A model generated the notes under the pieces. That model ran no database searches and had not been told where the DNA came from. It was given only the letters and a program-made list of their open reading frames with translations. The translations under genes were made by a program, and so were the position numbers. A DNA stretch of 64,000 bases from Catajapyx aquilonaris (Eukaryota). Each line of letters starts with the position of its first letter. Position 1 is the stretch's first letter. Shown here piece by piece: positions 38,989 through 50,861 of this stretch. The stretch is from positions 1-64,000 of the forward strand of contig KZ539085.1 of assembly GCA_000934665.2 (NCBI GenBank), given 5' to 3'.

Positions 38989-40094
38989 CATTGCCAGTAA
39001 GGACCAATCAATCATCCCAGCCGATTTCCACCATCTTGGATTGTTGACTTGGGCAGTGCACCCCCCTGTATTATCAGCTGTAGTCTAAAGGCTGTGCCAG
39101 GGTTGAACATCTACAACAGGGATATGCAACTGGCGGACCGCGGTCCGGATCCGGACGGCGACGCAATTTTGTCCGGACCGCGACAATGTACAGGACAGTT
39201 TCAAATAGCATGATAAATTACTAATTCATGATTTTTGGGTGGAAAAGTGCTACCAATTTCATCAAATACACACCTATTCAAATCTCCCACATCTCGCCTA
39301 AGCTCATGTGACCTTGAACCCCCCAAAAATTTCGCTGCGGTGGGCTCATTCCCCGCCCTTTACGGCTTGTTCACCTTGTGCTTACGAAATGGGCCCCCCT
39401 CCGAAATTCTTCTGCCTACGCCCCTGTACAGGACATCATAAAGGGCGAAAATGTCTTAATATGCCCTGTCTTGATAGGCCCTTCTACCCTTGCTGCACAT
39501 GTTTATATTTTCGAATTTGAACCCTGTGGTACCATCTAAAATATATATATACGAGGGTCGTCCAATAAGTTCTGAGCCTGATGTTGAAAGACATGTTTGA
39601 TGGTCAAAATTTTATTAAGACTCTTCGACGTAGTCACCTTGAACCAGGATGCATTTGTCCCACCGGTGCTCCAACCTCTGTATTCCGTGTAAAAAAAAAT
39701 CTTCCTCGACCCCACCCTACCACTCATACATTGCACTTATCACCTCATTGTCACTGGAGAAGTGCATCCCACGGAGGTTTCAGGAGAATAATGATGGAGC
39801 CAGGTCTCATCTTGTGTTACGTAACGAGCCAAAAAGTGTNAATGTATTCATTATTAGTTTAGTTTTGACTTCACAATCCTTTAATTGTTAGTTACATTGT
39901 GGACAATCATTGTAGGTGTATTGTGAAATCAGAACTCTTCTAAGACTGAATACAGATTTTTGAATACATGTGTATGGGGAAAATAGGGAAATAGTCAATT
40001 CTAGGTGGGCAACCACTTTTTTCTTCTTTTTAAAATTTTTTGGCCAGTTTTTCTAGCTATTTCCCAGGAACAATAAAGCAATTCTTCATTTCAG

Positions 40095-40257
40095 GTTGAA
40101 CATGGACACCACGTGGTCCGAAACGGGGGACCGTTACCTATTGAAGCTGTTTCGAGACTACATGTTCCATTCCGTCTCTGATGATGGTCGTCCCTGGATG
40201 GACTTAGCCCATGTGATTTCCTGTCTTAACAAGTTGGATGCAGGAGTTCCTGACAAG
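40095..40257 (+). CDS. PAN3: PAN3 exon 6 (C-terminal knob domain)
   Basis: [19 protein letters not shown]...LNKLDAG. Acceptor TTTCAG, donor AAG|GTAAGA. Confidence 0.95.
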
Positions 40258-40652
40258 GTAAGACCTGTCATTAGCCCTTTAACCCAGATAAATTTTTGCT
40301 GAATTCGTGAACTTTTTTTGTTTTTATAAGTTTATATTGGTTCCCAAAACACAACAATCGAGATAAAACATTTTTCTGATGGTCGAGGCCGCGACGGTTC
40401 ACACGGCAACGGCCACGGCCAGGCCACGGCTCAGAAGTTGGCTCGCTGCTTGGCCACGGCTTGGCCTCGGCGACGGATACTGCGCGTCACTTGTTTTTCG
40501 TCGCTGCCATGACTACCGGCCACTATTACAAATGCGGGTGGCTGTTTTTAAAATATGTGCCCATCTGAACGGGTACCGTGGCCAGCCGTGGCTCCGCAAG
40601 CCGGTGCCGGGGCCGGTGCCGCGGCTAAGGTTGGCCCGTCTGGACGGCCCCA

Positions 40653-40959
40653 TACAGTGGAGCATCGATTATCCGAACAGAGTCTGCCCAGCGGGTGTTC
40701 GGATAACGATCATTTATGGAAAAAAATTGTACCGGTGTCATAGGAGCAATATGAAACTAAGAATCAGTGGTATGAACCACAAAACTGTATATTTTCTGTC
40801 ACAGGCACGTCTTAAAAATACTGTACATATACCTTACTGTCCTTACATGAAGTAGTCCTACAGTTTAGGGGAAAAAATGCCAATTTTTGCCGACCCGAAA
40901 ACATTCGGTTAACCAATGGTTCGGTTGATCGGTGTTTGGATAATCGATGCTCCACTGTA
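40653..40959. mobile_element. Tigger-type MITE
   Basis: TA-flanked TIRs CAGTGGAGCATCGATTATCC / GGATAATCGATGCTCCACTG. Confidence 0.85.
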
Positions 40960-41359
40960 CTTTACTTGTCCACATGTGGGTGCATTTGCCACTTATGTTC
41001 CCCATGGTAATATGTTCAACTCATTTTTTGCCTACTTTTATTACCAACTGAGAAATTGTGATTTGTAAATGAACTTTTTCAAACTTTAAGTGGCCAAAGA
41101 AGGCATAAAGACATTTTAAAATCGAGTTAATTTTCTACAGAAATAATAGAACGTCCGCAAGCAAGGGTTGCAGGTTGTCCTCTCAAGTCCATATTACTTG
41201 GAGTTCCCATTAGGCAAAAGTGTCATTTTCACTTTTTCATCTGGTATTATTCAGGACACCCTCACTAAAAATTGTCATGATTGCAGCAGACAACTACTAT
41301 CCCGGAAGGGAAGCTTTTCGTTTCTTTGAATAATTTGTGGTTTTAAAAATTTGGCATTA

Positions 41360-41925
41360 TACAGGGTGTTTCCTGTAACTCTGTAAAGACTTTCAGAGGT
41401 AATAGAGGGACCAAGGCAAGTATTTTTGACATAGGAGCCCATGTCCGGAAACGCCATCTAGAGGGAGTTCATAGACTAGGAACGGGTGCTCTCAGACGCG
41501 TTAGGTGAGATGCGCTAGGAGAGCGGACTGTTTTGTTGATAGATGGCCAGGTTATGGTTGCCAGGTTATGGCGTATCACGTTGTCGTAAGTAAACAACAA
41601 CATGATATGCCATAACCTGGCAACAACAGAACCGCTGTTGACTATCCATGCGTCTCCTAGGAGGCGGACTTTAGTTGCTAGATGGGTCTGTTGTTGCCAC
41701 GTTATGGCATATCGCATCGTTGGTTACTATCTGAGCGCCATTTATCAACAAAACAGTCTGCTCGCCTAGGACCTCCCTCGTGAAGCGTATGAGCGCACCT
41801 GTTCCTCGTCTATGAACCCCCTCTGGATGGCGTTTCTGGACACGGGTTCTTATGTCAGAAATACTTGTCCTGGTCCCCTCTATTACCCCTGCAAGTATTT
41901 ACAGAGTTACAGGAAACACCCTGTG
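41360..41925. mobile_element. Tc1-type foldback MITE
   Basis: CAGGGTGTTTCCTGTAACTCTGTAAA / TTTACAGAGTTACAGGAAACACCCTG, with long imperfect arms. Confidence 0.85.
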
Positions 41926-42936
41926 TACCATTCCCATAAAAACTTTTATATAAATCCATGCATCTTCCAATTTCCGTTTGGGGCTTTTCAAAATTGAAAT
42001 ATATTGCAAGTTTGCCTTTGCCTTTTCACACGATCATTTTTACAACTCAGAAAATGGGGTGGTGTGGGAAGGGCTGACTTCGCAGTTGCTTTTGAATTTT
42101 GATATTATTAGCTATAACCTCCAGTAACTTACAAGTTATTGTGCAGAGTAACAAAATTGATCCTGCAACCTTGTAGGATGTTTTTGCATTAATATAGGCT
42201 GTCTTCGCAGAGATAGTGCGTCCATGTGCGCACACACTGGAGTGAAGATTGTTCGAGCAGCCAGCCCATACTGTATATTTCATTCGTAGGTTATGGGTGC
42301 AGTTTTAGTCTTGCCCCAACGAGACGAGAAAGGCAAAAGGGCAGGACATCTGAAATCCCCCGACCTATTTGTGTTCAAAAAGATGGTGAGATCCTCTAAT
42401 GTTCTCTTTGAAACCACTTGAGGTTGATCGTGAGAGCCTTATTTCCTGACCAATTGGCTATTCCATAGCCGTAACATGCTTGGAAAAAGCCAAGCTCACT
42501 GTCCATAATCCTGGAGATGGCCCACACATGCATAAGTCACATGTTGCTCACTACCAGAAGAGACCTTGTTCACAGCATATAACTACTCGCTCCTAATGTG
42601 CTGTCAGCTCTGGTGAACGTGGGCTACATCATGTTGGACCTGTCACTTCTGCCTTGAGGGAAGAGGGGCTTGTCGGAGTGGGCTTCTTTGGCGTGGGTGA
42701 CCTTAACGTATATGCTTCTCCTCATAAGGGGGAATAGATAATATGCCCCATATAATGCAGCACAATTTTACCAGGGATGGCTTCATGTTAGGAATGCAGC
42801 AGCACATGTACGAGTACGGAATAGTAAATACAGAAGTTTCAGGACATTAATGCAATATTGACTATTAAAGTTAACATCCTTTCTCACATACAGGTGTACC
42901 AGGGCATTATTGAGTTCTTGTTTCATTTTTTTACAG

Positions 42937-43095
42937 GTGTGCCTCACTTCCAGGGATGAGAGGAGCATTCTAGTGGCTTCATTCACTGAACTAAAACACT
43001 GCCTAGATACTTCATACAGCGAGGTGATACATGCAGCCACCTCTGAGCCAAAAGGGGCCAGTGGTGCCAGTAACCCGGTGTCTTCGCCTTCTTAA
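42937..43095 (+). CDS. PAN3: PAN3 exon 7 (last)
   Basis: Acceptor TTTTACAG. VCLTSRDERSILVASFTELKHCL...SSPS* (TAA 43093-43095). The seven exons sum to 2739 nt = 912 aa plus stop. Confidence 0.92.
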   Translation: MCLTSRDERSILVASFTELKHCLDTSYSEVIHAATSEPKGASGASNPVSSPS

Positions 43096-43178
43096 GGGGA
43101 ATTAAGGATGTCAATGACTCAACATTCCCACATTTCAGGACTCCTTTAATCCCCAGACTTTTTCCCTTCCAGACAGTA

Positions 43179-43184
43179 AATAAA
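43179..43184 (+). promoter_or_regulatory. Candidate PAN3 polyadenylation signal
   Basis: AATAAA 84 nt after the stop, followed by T/GT-rich sequence. Confidence 0.55.
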
Positions 43185-44133
43185 GAAAAGTTAATTTTCT
43201 TACTGAGATTAAGTTGTTGTTATTAGCACTAGCTATGTATTACAATTCCATGCAAGACCTGGCACATCGAAATATTTCTCTCAAATGTTTCAGATGGATT
43301 TGTCATTTGTCATTTGTCAGTGATTCAACACACTAGTGAAGATGTCTTGTGTGGTTTCCGCCATTCTTTTCCACCTTTTCTTGGAATGAAAGCTAGTTAT
43401 TTGCATAAGAAAATGTTGACCTTGTATTCTCAGACTTAACATGTCATTTGAGGTAGCTTGGGGAAAATTCTCTAGTAGTATTACAATATCAAAAGAACAT
43501 ACAATTTGTTGATTAACCCTTTGTCTTCCGCGGCCATGATGGTTGCATTAGAATGCAACCACACAAAATAATGTTTTAAAATTCACTGGTATAACACCAA
43601 CGGAAATTTATTTCACTATAGAAACTAGAGTTACCTAAGGCTTTGTTCATGAATATTTGCGCCACTACGTGATATTTTCAATGGCATGACGTCATAGTCC
43701 AAAAGTCTCATTCATTGTAAACAAACACTTAGGGTTGTTTTCTCGAACAGTGGTTCAAATGTAAACCAGGTTCAAAGCCAGTGTAATCCCTGATTTGATT
43801 GTTGTTAGGCTGTTGTCAAGGGTTTAAATTGGCTTTGAACCGGGTTTACATTTGAACCACTGTTCGAGAAAACGGCCCTTACTGCACTAATTTAAATACA
43901 CATCGCTCCCTGCTGCTACTTACTTTTCACTGGGGGAAAAATCAGAACAATCTGCCAAGGGGTAGGCAAACTCCCCCGCCGCCATTTCGGTCGTAAAAGG
44001 TGTCCTCGGGGGTAGAATGCTCCGAGCTCTAGGCGGTGGCCGCATGCCACCTGAGCCGCCGTTTGTTGCACCTGGTGGCTCATTAACTCCATGTATACTA
44101 GACCTTTAAAAATTTTCACGCTGACACTTAATG

Positions 44134-45421
44134 CAGTGGTTTCCAACCTTTTACCGATTGCAACCCCATAAACATGATTCCATAAATGTGCGATCCCCCC
44201 TTTCCCCCAGTCCCCCCTACAACTACCCCCTTTCCAGAAAACATACACTCTGTCTGGTCGCAAGAATGGTTCAATTGACACAGAAATTGCACGAAAAAAA
44301 ACTTCATGATTTGGCGCAGGGCACCTAGTTTGTCTTCTTTCCATTTTCGCCCAAGAAAAATGACATTTCCAGCGAGTAGAAGTGAATGGAAAATGGCGTG
44401 GCGTTTCCGAAAAGTCAACTTGATTAACAAGGTGGAAGGAATCGCGAGATAGTAAGACTAATTTCTGAGGCTCTGAGTCCACAATTTTCATGCAGTCGTG
44501 TCGAGGATTGTACCATTTTAAAGGCCAAATCTTTGCACATGTTTGTCGAGATTAACATCTCGAGACAAAAAATTAAGTTCCCTACGAAATGTGGTGTTAC
44601 CATATTTTTACTGCTGCGCCCCCTTAATCTCGGGTATTCCCGCTGCACATCCAGCGAGAACTTCATCAATTTTCCATCTTTAAATATATTTATCTTTCAA
44701 TGTGAGATTGCAGCGCAAATCAATGAGCTGCTCTTATTCATAAGTAGAGTTTTTCCCTTGAGAACTAGCTGAAGAGATTTCGAACCTACTCTACTTCTGC
44801 TACATCAATGTCGCCAAAATATTTCTCGAAACCCTCCTTTAGTGTATTTGCAAATGTGTGGAAGTGACTCGCTCTTGAATTTTACCCCACTGCCCCCGAT
44901 ATACTCTTGCAGACGATGAAACATTTCAAATGATGATTGATCCACTTTTTTCTGGCCACCAGAGTTCGAGTTTTAATAAAAATGCCCTTATTTTTTCATG
45001 CGATGAACAAATGTTCCTTGATTTGACCCCCTGCAGAGAAGATAGTGTTGAGCACAATCAGTTCCTCAAACGTATCCGCAAAATATGCCAATTAATACAA
45101 ATTAATTTTTAATAATTTCATCTGCTTCTCCTGGATAGCTTTTTTCCTTCAAATGTAAGTGCAGCTTGATTGACTCCATAGAAAGCTCGGTAGCAGGGCC
45201 TCCGCGGATGGAGGACAGCGTGATGGCGAACATTGCCAGATATCTCTCTCCGAACTATGGCTCAAACCGTGGCTCAAACAAAACTCGTACACAGTGTTCA
45301 CTAATTGTTTATTTTTAAATTATTCATTATTGCGCATAAATTGCAAAAAAAAAGGAAGAAGAAGAAGTTGTTTAACCTAGGCCCGCGACCCTGCCCGCGA
45401 CCTACCGGTTGGAAACCACAG
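44134..45421 (-). mobile_element. Defective hAT (Buster/Charlie-type) transposon
   Basis: TIRs CAGTGGTTTCCAACC / GGTTGGAAACCACAG. 8-bp TSD ACTTAATG at 44126-44133 and 45422-45429. Broken minus-strand transposase C-terminal remnant (...DVQREYPRL...STNMCK). Confidence 0.85.
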
Positions 45422-45665
45422 ACTTAATGTTTTCATAATTCATCAGAGGGCAATCATTTAGAATTATCTCGGAAATTTACGACGGGTGGAAGCCTCCTTT
45501 AAAAACCCACGTAGATGTCGCAATAGGATGATGTCACCTCGTGCACAGCATGAGGCGGTACAGGGCTGTCTCAAGACTCAACTCGGGTTTGTAGGTCTCG
45601 GACGCTTCAGCCCCATCTTGTGCATGAATCGGAGCGAAACCAATGGTGCCAGATCCAGTGATATT

Positions 45666-45939
45666 ATTACCCCGTGCTGAAGCCATTCAGCTCGTTTTGG
45701 GGGGAGGGGAAGGTTCCCAAGGGGGGGCATCCTCGGTTTATAGTCACTCACGACTCTCTCAGATACACCAGACCTTTTCTCTGGCCCCGGGCAGCTAAGG
45801 GAGTTCAATGCTGCCCCGGCGTGTCGGGTGAAAAGCGGAAAAAGACCCGGCCAAGCAGAGGTGACGGGGGACGGGATTTGAACCCCGGCCTCCTGCTTGG
45901 CTAGCCAGCGTCGTAACCACTACACTACCACGCCTCCCT
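45666..45939 (-). mobile_element. tRNA-derived SINE
   Basis: GGTAGTGTAGTGG...GGTTCAAATCCC on the minus strand. 16-bp TSD CAGATCCAGTGATATT at 45650-45665 and 45940-45955. Confidence 0.9.
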
Positions 45940-46412
45940 CAGATCCAGTGATATTCACCTAGGGCGCTATTTTTAAACCCCCACCCAAAGAAGGCAGAAT
46001 CCAGCGGGAGACAAAGGGTTAAGAGTCCGTTCTACATTGTTTCGCCTCGGAAAACACCTCCATAGTCTTCTGTTTTCTTCCATCATTTGCCATCACCGAC
46101 TTCTAATATAAAACTTGCGTTATGGTGAGAAGAGATGCCTCTTTCGTCGGAACTGTCAAGGTGATGATGTGTGTAGCAGATCAGTGGTCTACAGTACTAT
46201 TCAGTGTACTACCTCTCATCTCTTTACATTTCATTAAGTTTACCAGCCCTCCAAAAATAGACAAAATAGTTGGAATACCAAGGCACAAAGTTGGAATTGG
46301 GACAACCAATAATGGATGATGTTCATATTTGTCACACTTTGTAGTGCAACAAATGCAAATTATTAATCAACCAGAAAATTACCTATGATGATAAATACAG
46401 TAGAATCCAGTT

Positions 46413-47096
46413 GAATGACCCAGAATGGAAAGGTCATAAGTCCATGAGACAAAATTTTACAGGGGAGACAAAAAACTGAAATGCGGCATTGTAAATTCGT
46501 CAAGGTGGTCGGACTCGCGGGAATGTTGATCTTAGTCGACATTGGCATCATGTTGAGCAGAGTTCGGTGGAAAACGCGTCATGACAGATGCGTGAGAGCG
46601 ATTTAAAGGGACGGGACTTACGTCCTTTTCATTCTGAAAGATGGCAGGATGAGAAAATCTGTGCCGTTCTGTCACATATAACATAACACAAAATAATACA
46701 TGTATTACTTTGTGTTACTTATGTTATCATGTGACAGAACGGCACAGATTTTCTCATCCTGCCATCTTTCAGAATGAAAGGGACGTAAGTCCCGTCCCTT
46801 TACTTCAACATTTTCCTGAATACATGTAGGTATTTACCGGATAATGACACGATGGACTCATGTCAGTGCATTTTCATTCCGAAGCAGCAATTTCAGCATG
46901 GAAAAGGTGTAAGTCTAGATCTTCCCCCTTTGCCATTCTGGAGGCAATTCTGACATGCTAAAATATAGCATATGGGTGGGGACTTTCGCTCCCTCTCATA
47001 CTGGATCTTATGCCCTCCATGCTGAAGAGTTTCCTTCCGCGAAAAAGTCATTTTGACCAAAAGGTGGACTTATGCCCTTTCCATTCTGGGTCATTC
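46413..47096. mobile_element. Non-autonomous DNA element with a 4-bp TSD and an internal near-perfect foldback (~46606-46801)
   Basis: TIRs GAATGACCCAGAATGGAAAGG / CCTTTCCATTCTGGGTCATTC. AGTT on both sides. Confidence 0.8.
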
Positions 47097-47389
47097 AGTT
47101 TATCCCACAGTCCCTCTCCAGCAATAAATGTGTTTTCTCATCAAATACTGTAATGCAGGCCTATTAAGCATCTGTTTTGTATTACATTAGTTAAATTTTA
47201 AACAGCTGAGTGTGGATGTAAAAGATCAATACTGAACTATTTCTTCGAAAACCATATAGTATTATACATTATTTCATGGTTTTATACACGTTTTTTGTTG
47301 TTTCATTAAGTTCCTTTGCTCCTCGGATTATCGGACCATGCCCCGGTCCCTTGGGTGACAGATAATTGGAGTTCTACTGTACTTGATGA

Positions 47390-47616
47390 GAAGCAGGTCA
47401 GCATAGTGGATAGGGCGTCCGACTGCTAATCGGGAGGTCCTGGGTTCGAATCCCGGGGCCGGCAACCCTGAAGGTGGTTTTCTCTGGTTTTCCACGGTCT
47501 TTCTAGGATAATTCCGGGGTCGCTTCCGTATTATAGGCCACAGCCGCTTCCTTCCTTCCCTATCCTTGGAGGTTGAAAGGCAATGCTGGGCCAACCTCCT
47601 TAATATCAATTATAAA
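47390..47616 (+). mobile_element. tRNA-Ser(GCT)-like-headed SINE
   Basis: TSD GTACTTGATGAGA at 47379-47391 and 47617-47629. A/B boxes intact. Confidence 0.9.
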
Positions 47617-47674
47617 GTACTTGATGAGAGAAACTTGCAGTCAAAATGATGCTGTACTTAACCCTTCATGTGTC

Positions 47675-47680
47675 TTTATT
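47675..47680 (-). promoter_or_regulatory. Candidate polyadenylation signal of the minus-strand two-ORF transcript
   Basis: TTTATT on the plus strand is AATAAA on the minus strand, ~110 nt after the ORF2 stop. Confidence 0.5.
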
Positions 47681-47788
47681 AAAACATGGTTACAAAAAGT
47701 GCTGCAAAAACGTGAGCATCAAAGGGCATGGGACGGAATATGGCTGGACGGATACAATTCTACAGATGCTCATTGTTAACTGTTGCAA

Positions 47789-48013
47789 TCAGACTGCAAA
47801 TTCCTTCTGATGTGGAATGAAAGGCTGCTGTGGGTTTGGCTGTTGCACTGGTGCCTGGTGCAAGGCCTCCATCTTCATCTCATACTTGCTGGAAGACGGT
47901 CGCCAAGGTGTGCGTGGTGGGAGACAACGATGTCCCATGGTCACCCAGGCCATCACAACGCCAATAACAAACAGGGCCACAGCAGCAATTGGAGGCCAGT
48001 AGAAGTGGAACAT
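47789..48013 (-). CDS. 74-aa small membrane protein (candidate second cistron)
   Basis: ATG in AAAC-ATG context, 2 nt after the upstream stop. Hydrophobic segment PIAAVALFVIGVVMAWVTM, Q/P-rich tail, C-terminal EFAV. Confidence 0.6.
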   Translation of the reverse strand: MFHFYWPPIAAVALFVIGVVMAWVTMGHRCLPPRTPWRPSSSKYEMKMEALHQAPVQQPNPQQPFIPHQKEFAV

Positions 48014-48015
48014 GT

Positions 48016-48148
48016 TTAATCAGTTGATGCAAAAGATGCTGAGGAACGAAGTGGACGATATGAGGTATCAGCCTTGGCAGTCAAGAGCTCCGATAGGTCC
48101 AGCGGTGTCTGCTTGTTGGGTCCTCTTATGTAGATGGGCAGAAGAAAT
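48016..48148 (-). CDS. Small single-pass membrane protein, exon 2
   Basis: Acceptor TTTATCATCAG. Phase 2 joins GNR-FLLPIYIRGPNKQTPLDLSELL...ASTD*. Total 111 aa. Confidence 0.75.
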
Positions 48149-48259
48149 CTGATGATAAAGATAAGCAATTACTTGCTTTTTAAAAACGATTATAGGCATG
48201 TGTGAGAGAAGATGGTTTGCAAATGGAAGATTGGAGTGCAAACTCTGGTATGCTCAAGT

Positions 48260-48415
48260 AGTGTTGGACATTAATAGCATCATACTGCTAGCAACATTTT
48301 CCGAAGCGGCAGAAGAACGAATCGAAGCAATGGATAATACAAGCAAGATTCGTTCTTCTGCCGCTTCGGAAAATGTCGCCAGCAGTATGACGCAATTAAT
48401 GTCCAACACTGTACA
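48260..48415. repeat. Hairpin MITE (second copy ~61735-61902)
   Basis: AGTGTTGGACAT...ATGTCCAACACT arms with an internal CCGAAGCGGCAGAAGA / TCTTCTGCCGCTTCGG pair. Confidence 0.8.
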
Positions 48416-49164
48416 ACACCTTGTAATTATAAGGTAACAGCAACACTAGCAAAATCATCCTTAAATCAATTCATGCTCATGTCAGTGGTTTTTATGGTTT
48501 ATCACATATCTACGAGGGAATAATTCATCCAACATCGATGGAATTTCTGATGCAAAATGTCATTATCATCTGGTAAAACACTGTATAATCAAGCTGAATG
48601 CATGGGGCACTTGTGACCCATTGTCTAATCACAAGACTACAGTACCTGCCAAAACATATGGAACTTGCCTGGTTTTCCCCAAGCCAAAAATTTTACTCAT
48701 TACCGGTCCATACCCACCCAGCCAGACTATTGTTCACTACGGCCATATGGAAAGATCTCTGCAATGATAATACCAGGCCATCAGAGGGTGGAAGAGTGGG
48801 GGATGATCAAATTGAAGACCTGATAGCAAAAAGGGCAGATGTCATGAAAAATGCAATTTGCAGATAGCGACGCCAAGTGGTAGTCAGTAGCAATGCGGAG
48901 GTCCCCACAAATTCCATTCCGTGAAAATGGCAGTAGTCTGGTAGAAAAACATCGACAAAGATAGTGTGTTATAATGTCACCGTGCATGGGAAGCAGGGAA
49001 GTTTTTCTTTGTTTTCTCGAAACTATCCATCATTGACATCTGCCCTTTTTGCTATCAGGTCTTCAATTATATGGGCTTGGGGTAAATCAAAGGGCTTTAT
49101 AGCACAAAAGCCTTGGAAGCCATTGTTGTGGCTAAATTATAGGCCTTATAAATGAGCATTGTGG

Positions 49165-49445
49165 TATTATTATTATTATTATTATTCTAAGAATGATTGG
49201 TTATTCCATGAGAGCCGTGTGGCCTCTTCGGGGATCCTTTTAATGCACTTTAATTTAACTTAAATTCTTGTCTTTATTCAATTCCTGTGCTGATGATGGG
49301 TTTTGATTGTGGGAGGAAATTGGAGAAAACCCCTGTAAACCCGGAGTAACTGCATCAAAACTCTTTATACATATGTAGGTCCTCTGCCTGACCCAGGGAT
49401 TGAACTGTAAGGCTCTCGCTATAACCACCATGCCACCATGCTACC
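49165..49445 (-). mobile_element. SINE with V-domain-like core, copy 2
   Basis: GGTGGCATGGTGG...AGTTCAATCCC head, TTTCCTCCCACAATCAAAA core, (AAT)n tail. Confidence 0.7.
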
Positions 49446-49551
49446 TCATGAGCATTATGGTAGTATACTCCAGATATAAGACTACAAGGACCATGGAAAT
49501 CAATATTCTAGAACTGCGGTATCTTATATCCAAATACACAGGCCATATATG

Positions 49552-49862
49552 CAGTGCCGGATTTACCCCCCTCGCCGCCCTTAGGCAGTTGAGATCCCCC
49601 CCCATTGCAGCTTTAAAATTTCATTTTCCTCGTGCGTTCTCCTAATTTTATTTTATCTACAAAAAATTATATCGTACCTTATGATGGCAGCCCTTCGGCA
49701 ATTGCCTTTTCTGCCCATAGCGGTAAATCAAGTACTCAAAAAGGTGATTTTTTTGTGACCTTGCCTTTATTTCTTATTATTGTATTTGACACAAATATTT
49801 ATTGCAACTCGCGGCCGCCCCTAGGCAAGTGTCTACTGTGCCTAATGGGAAATCCGGCGCTA
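49552..49862. mobile_element. hAT-type MITE
   Basis: TIRs CAGTGCCGGATTT / AAATCCGGCGCTA. 8-bp TSD CATATATG at 49544-49551 and 49863-49870. Confidence 0.85.
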
Positions 49863-49903
49863 CATATATGGAAGCAAGGCGGGACCAACCTCTCGAGTTG
49901 GCT

Positions 49904-50442
49904 TTAACCCTTCACTACGTAGGTGGCCGAAACACCTTTAACTACGTAGGTGGAGCCTGAGCGGCTCGAACGGTATATTTAGATCTCTGCTTATCAGCTC
50001 AATTGTTATATTGGACTTTTCACATACAGAAAGTGCAGTTCAGATAATTAGGCTTCCGAAAACGTAAAAATCACATGCTGAATCAGCATATTCCGACAGA
50101 AAAAAATTCGTAACAAGGAACAGGTCCCACCTGGAGCCGCTCAGGCTCCACCAACATAGTAAAGGGTGCTGTCGTTTTCCCTATTCAGACGCTCTCCACG
50201 AAGATAGGGAAAACGACAGCACCCTTTACTACGTAGGCGGAGCCTGAGCGGCTCCATAGGTGGGACCTGTTCCTCGTTACCAATTTTTTTCAGCCAAAGA
50301 ATGGGGACTAAAAAATTTTCTTTTTCTTTTCATGCTTAGGAAGGTTTTTGTGACAAAGTCACGGAAGGACAGGGCGATTAAAAAGTTATATGCGTTTAAA
50401 TAGTGGTTGGACCCCCTCAGGCTCCACCTACGTTAGGGTTAA
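49904..50442. mobile_element. piggyBac-type MITE with an internal inverted repeat
   Basis: TTAACCCT...AGGGTTAA. Repeated CTACGTAGGTGGAGCCTGAG motifs in both orientations. Confidence 0.75.
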
Positions 50443-50658
50443 CCAAAGCCCTTATATCTGGAGTCGACTTTATTTTTAAAATGCAATGTTACTTTCTGTT
50501 AACATGAATTGTACTATTTATTACTGTTGAACACACATGTCCACACATGTAACTTGATGGCCCACTTTGCATGCACCCCTTTATACTTGTAGGCCCATTA
50601 CTAAATTTGCATCAATCTGACCCAACACTTGTTCCCAACAGTTAAACGGGTCACCCAC

Positions 50659-50861
50659 CTGTTGCCAGTGTCCGGATTCCTCCAGTAGTGACGATGCTGA
50701 GAGCAACAGCAGCAGATGACGTTAAGCAGGATGATTGCCACGCCCAGTACGGTACAGACAGCAATCCCTGCGTAGAATCCGGTGAAGTCTCCCCACTCTC
50801 GTCCAAACAGAGGATTCAGCCGGAATTCGTTGCTGTCCAGAGGTATCACGTCGTCGGACAT
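50659..50861 (-). CDS. Small single-pass membrane protein, coding exon 1
   Basis: MSDDVIPLDSNEFRLNPLFGREWGDFTGFYAGIAVCTVLGVAIILLNVICCCCSQHRHYWRNPDTGN. One TM helix with a juxtamembrane Cys cluster. Donor AG|GTGGGT. Upstream acceptor TATTTTAG ending at 51072. Confidence 0.8.

Larger units (their letters stand above)
43513..46022. mobile_element. piggyBac-type MITE expanded by three nested insertions
   Basis: Ends TTAACCCTTTGTCT / AGACAAAGGGTTAA. Confidence 0.75.

Noticed and set aside
43916..44491. 191-aa minus-strand ORF
   Set aside because: It crosses the hAT TIR/TSD boundary into a different element, so it is a chance open frame.
47390..47465. Functional tRNA-Ser(GCT) genes (also at 26432, 20110, 11229)
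   Set aside because: No proper acceptor stem or long variable arm. Each runs into a shared SINE body, and at least three are flanked by clear TSDs.
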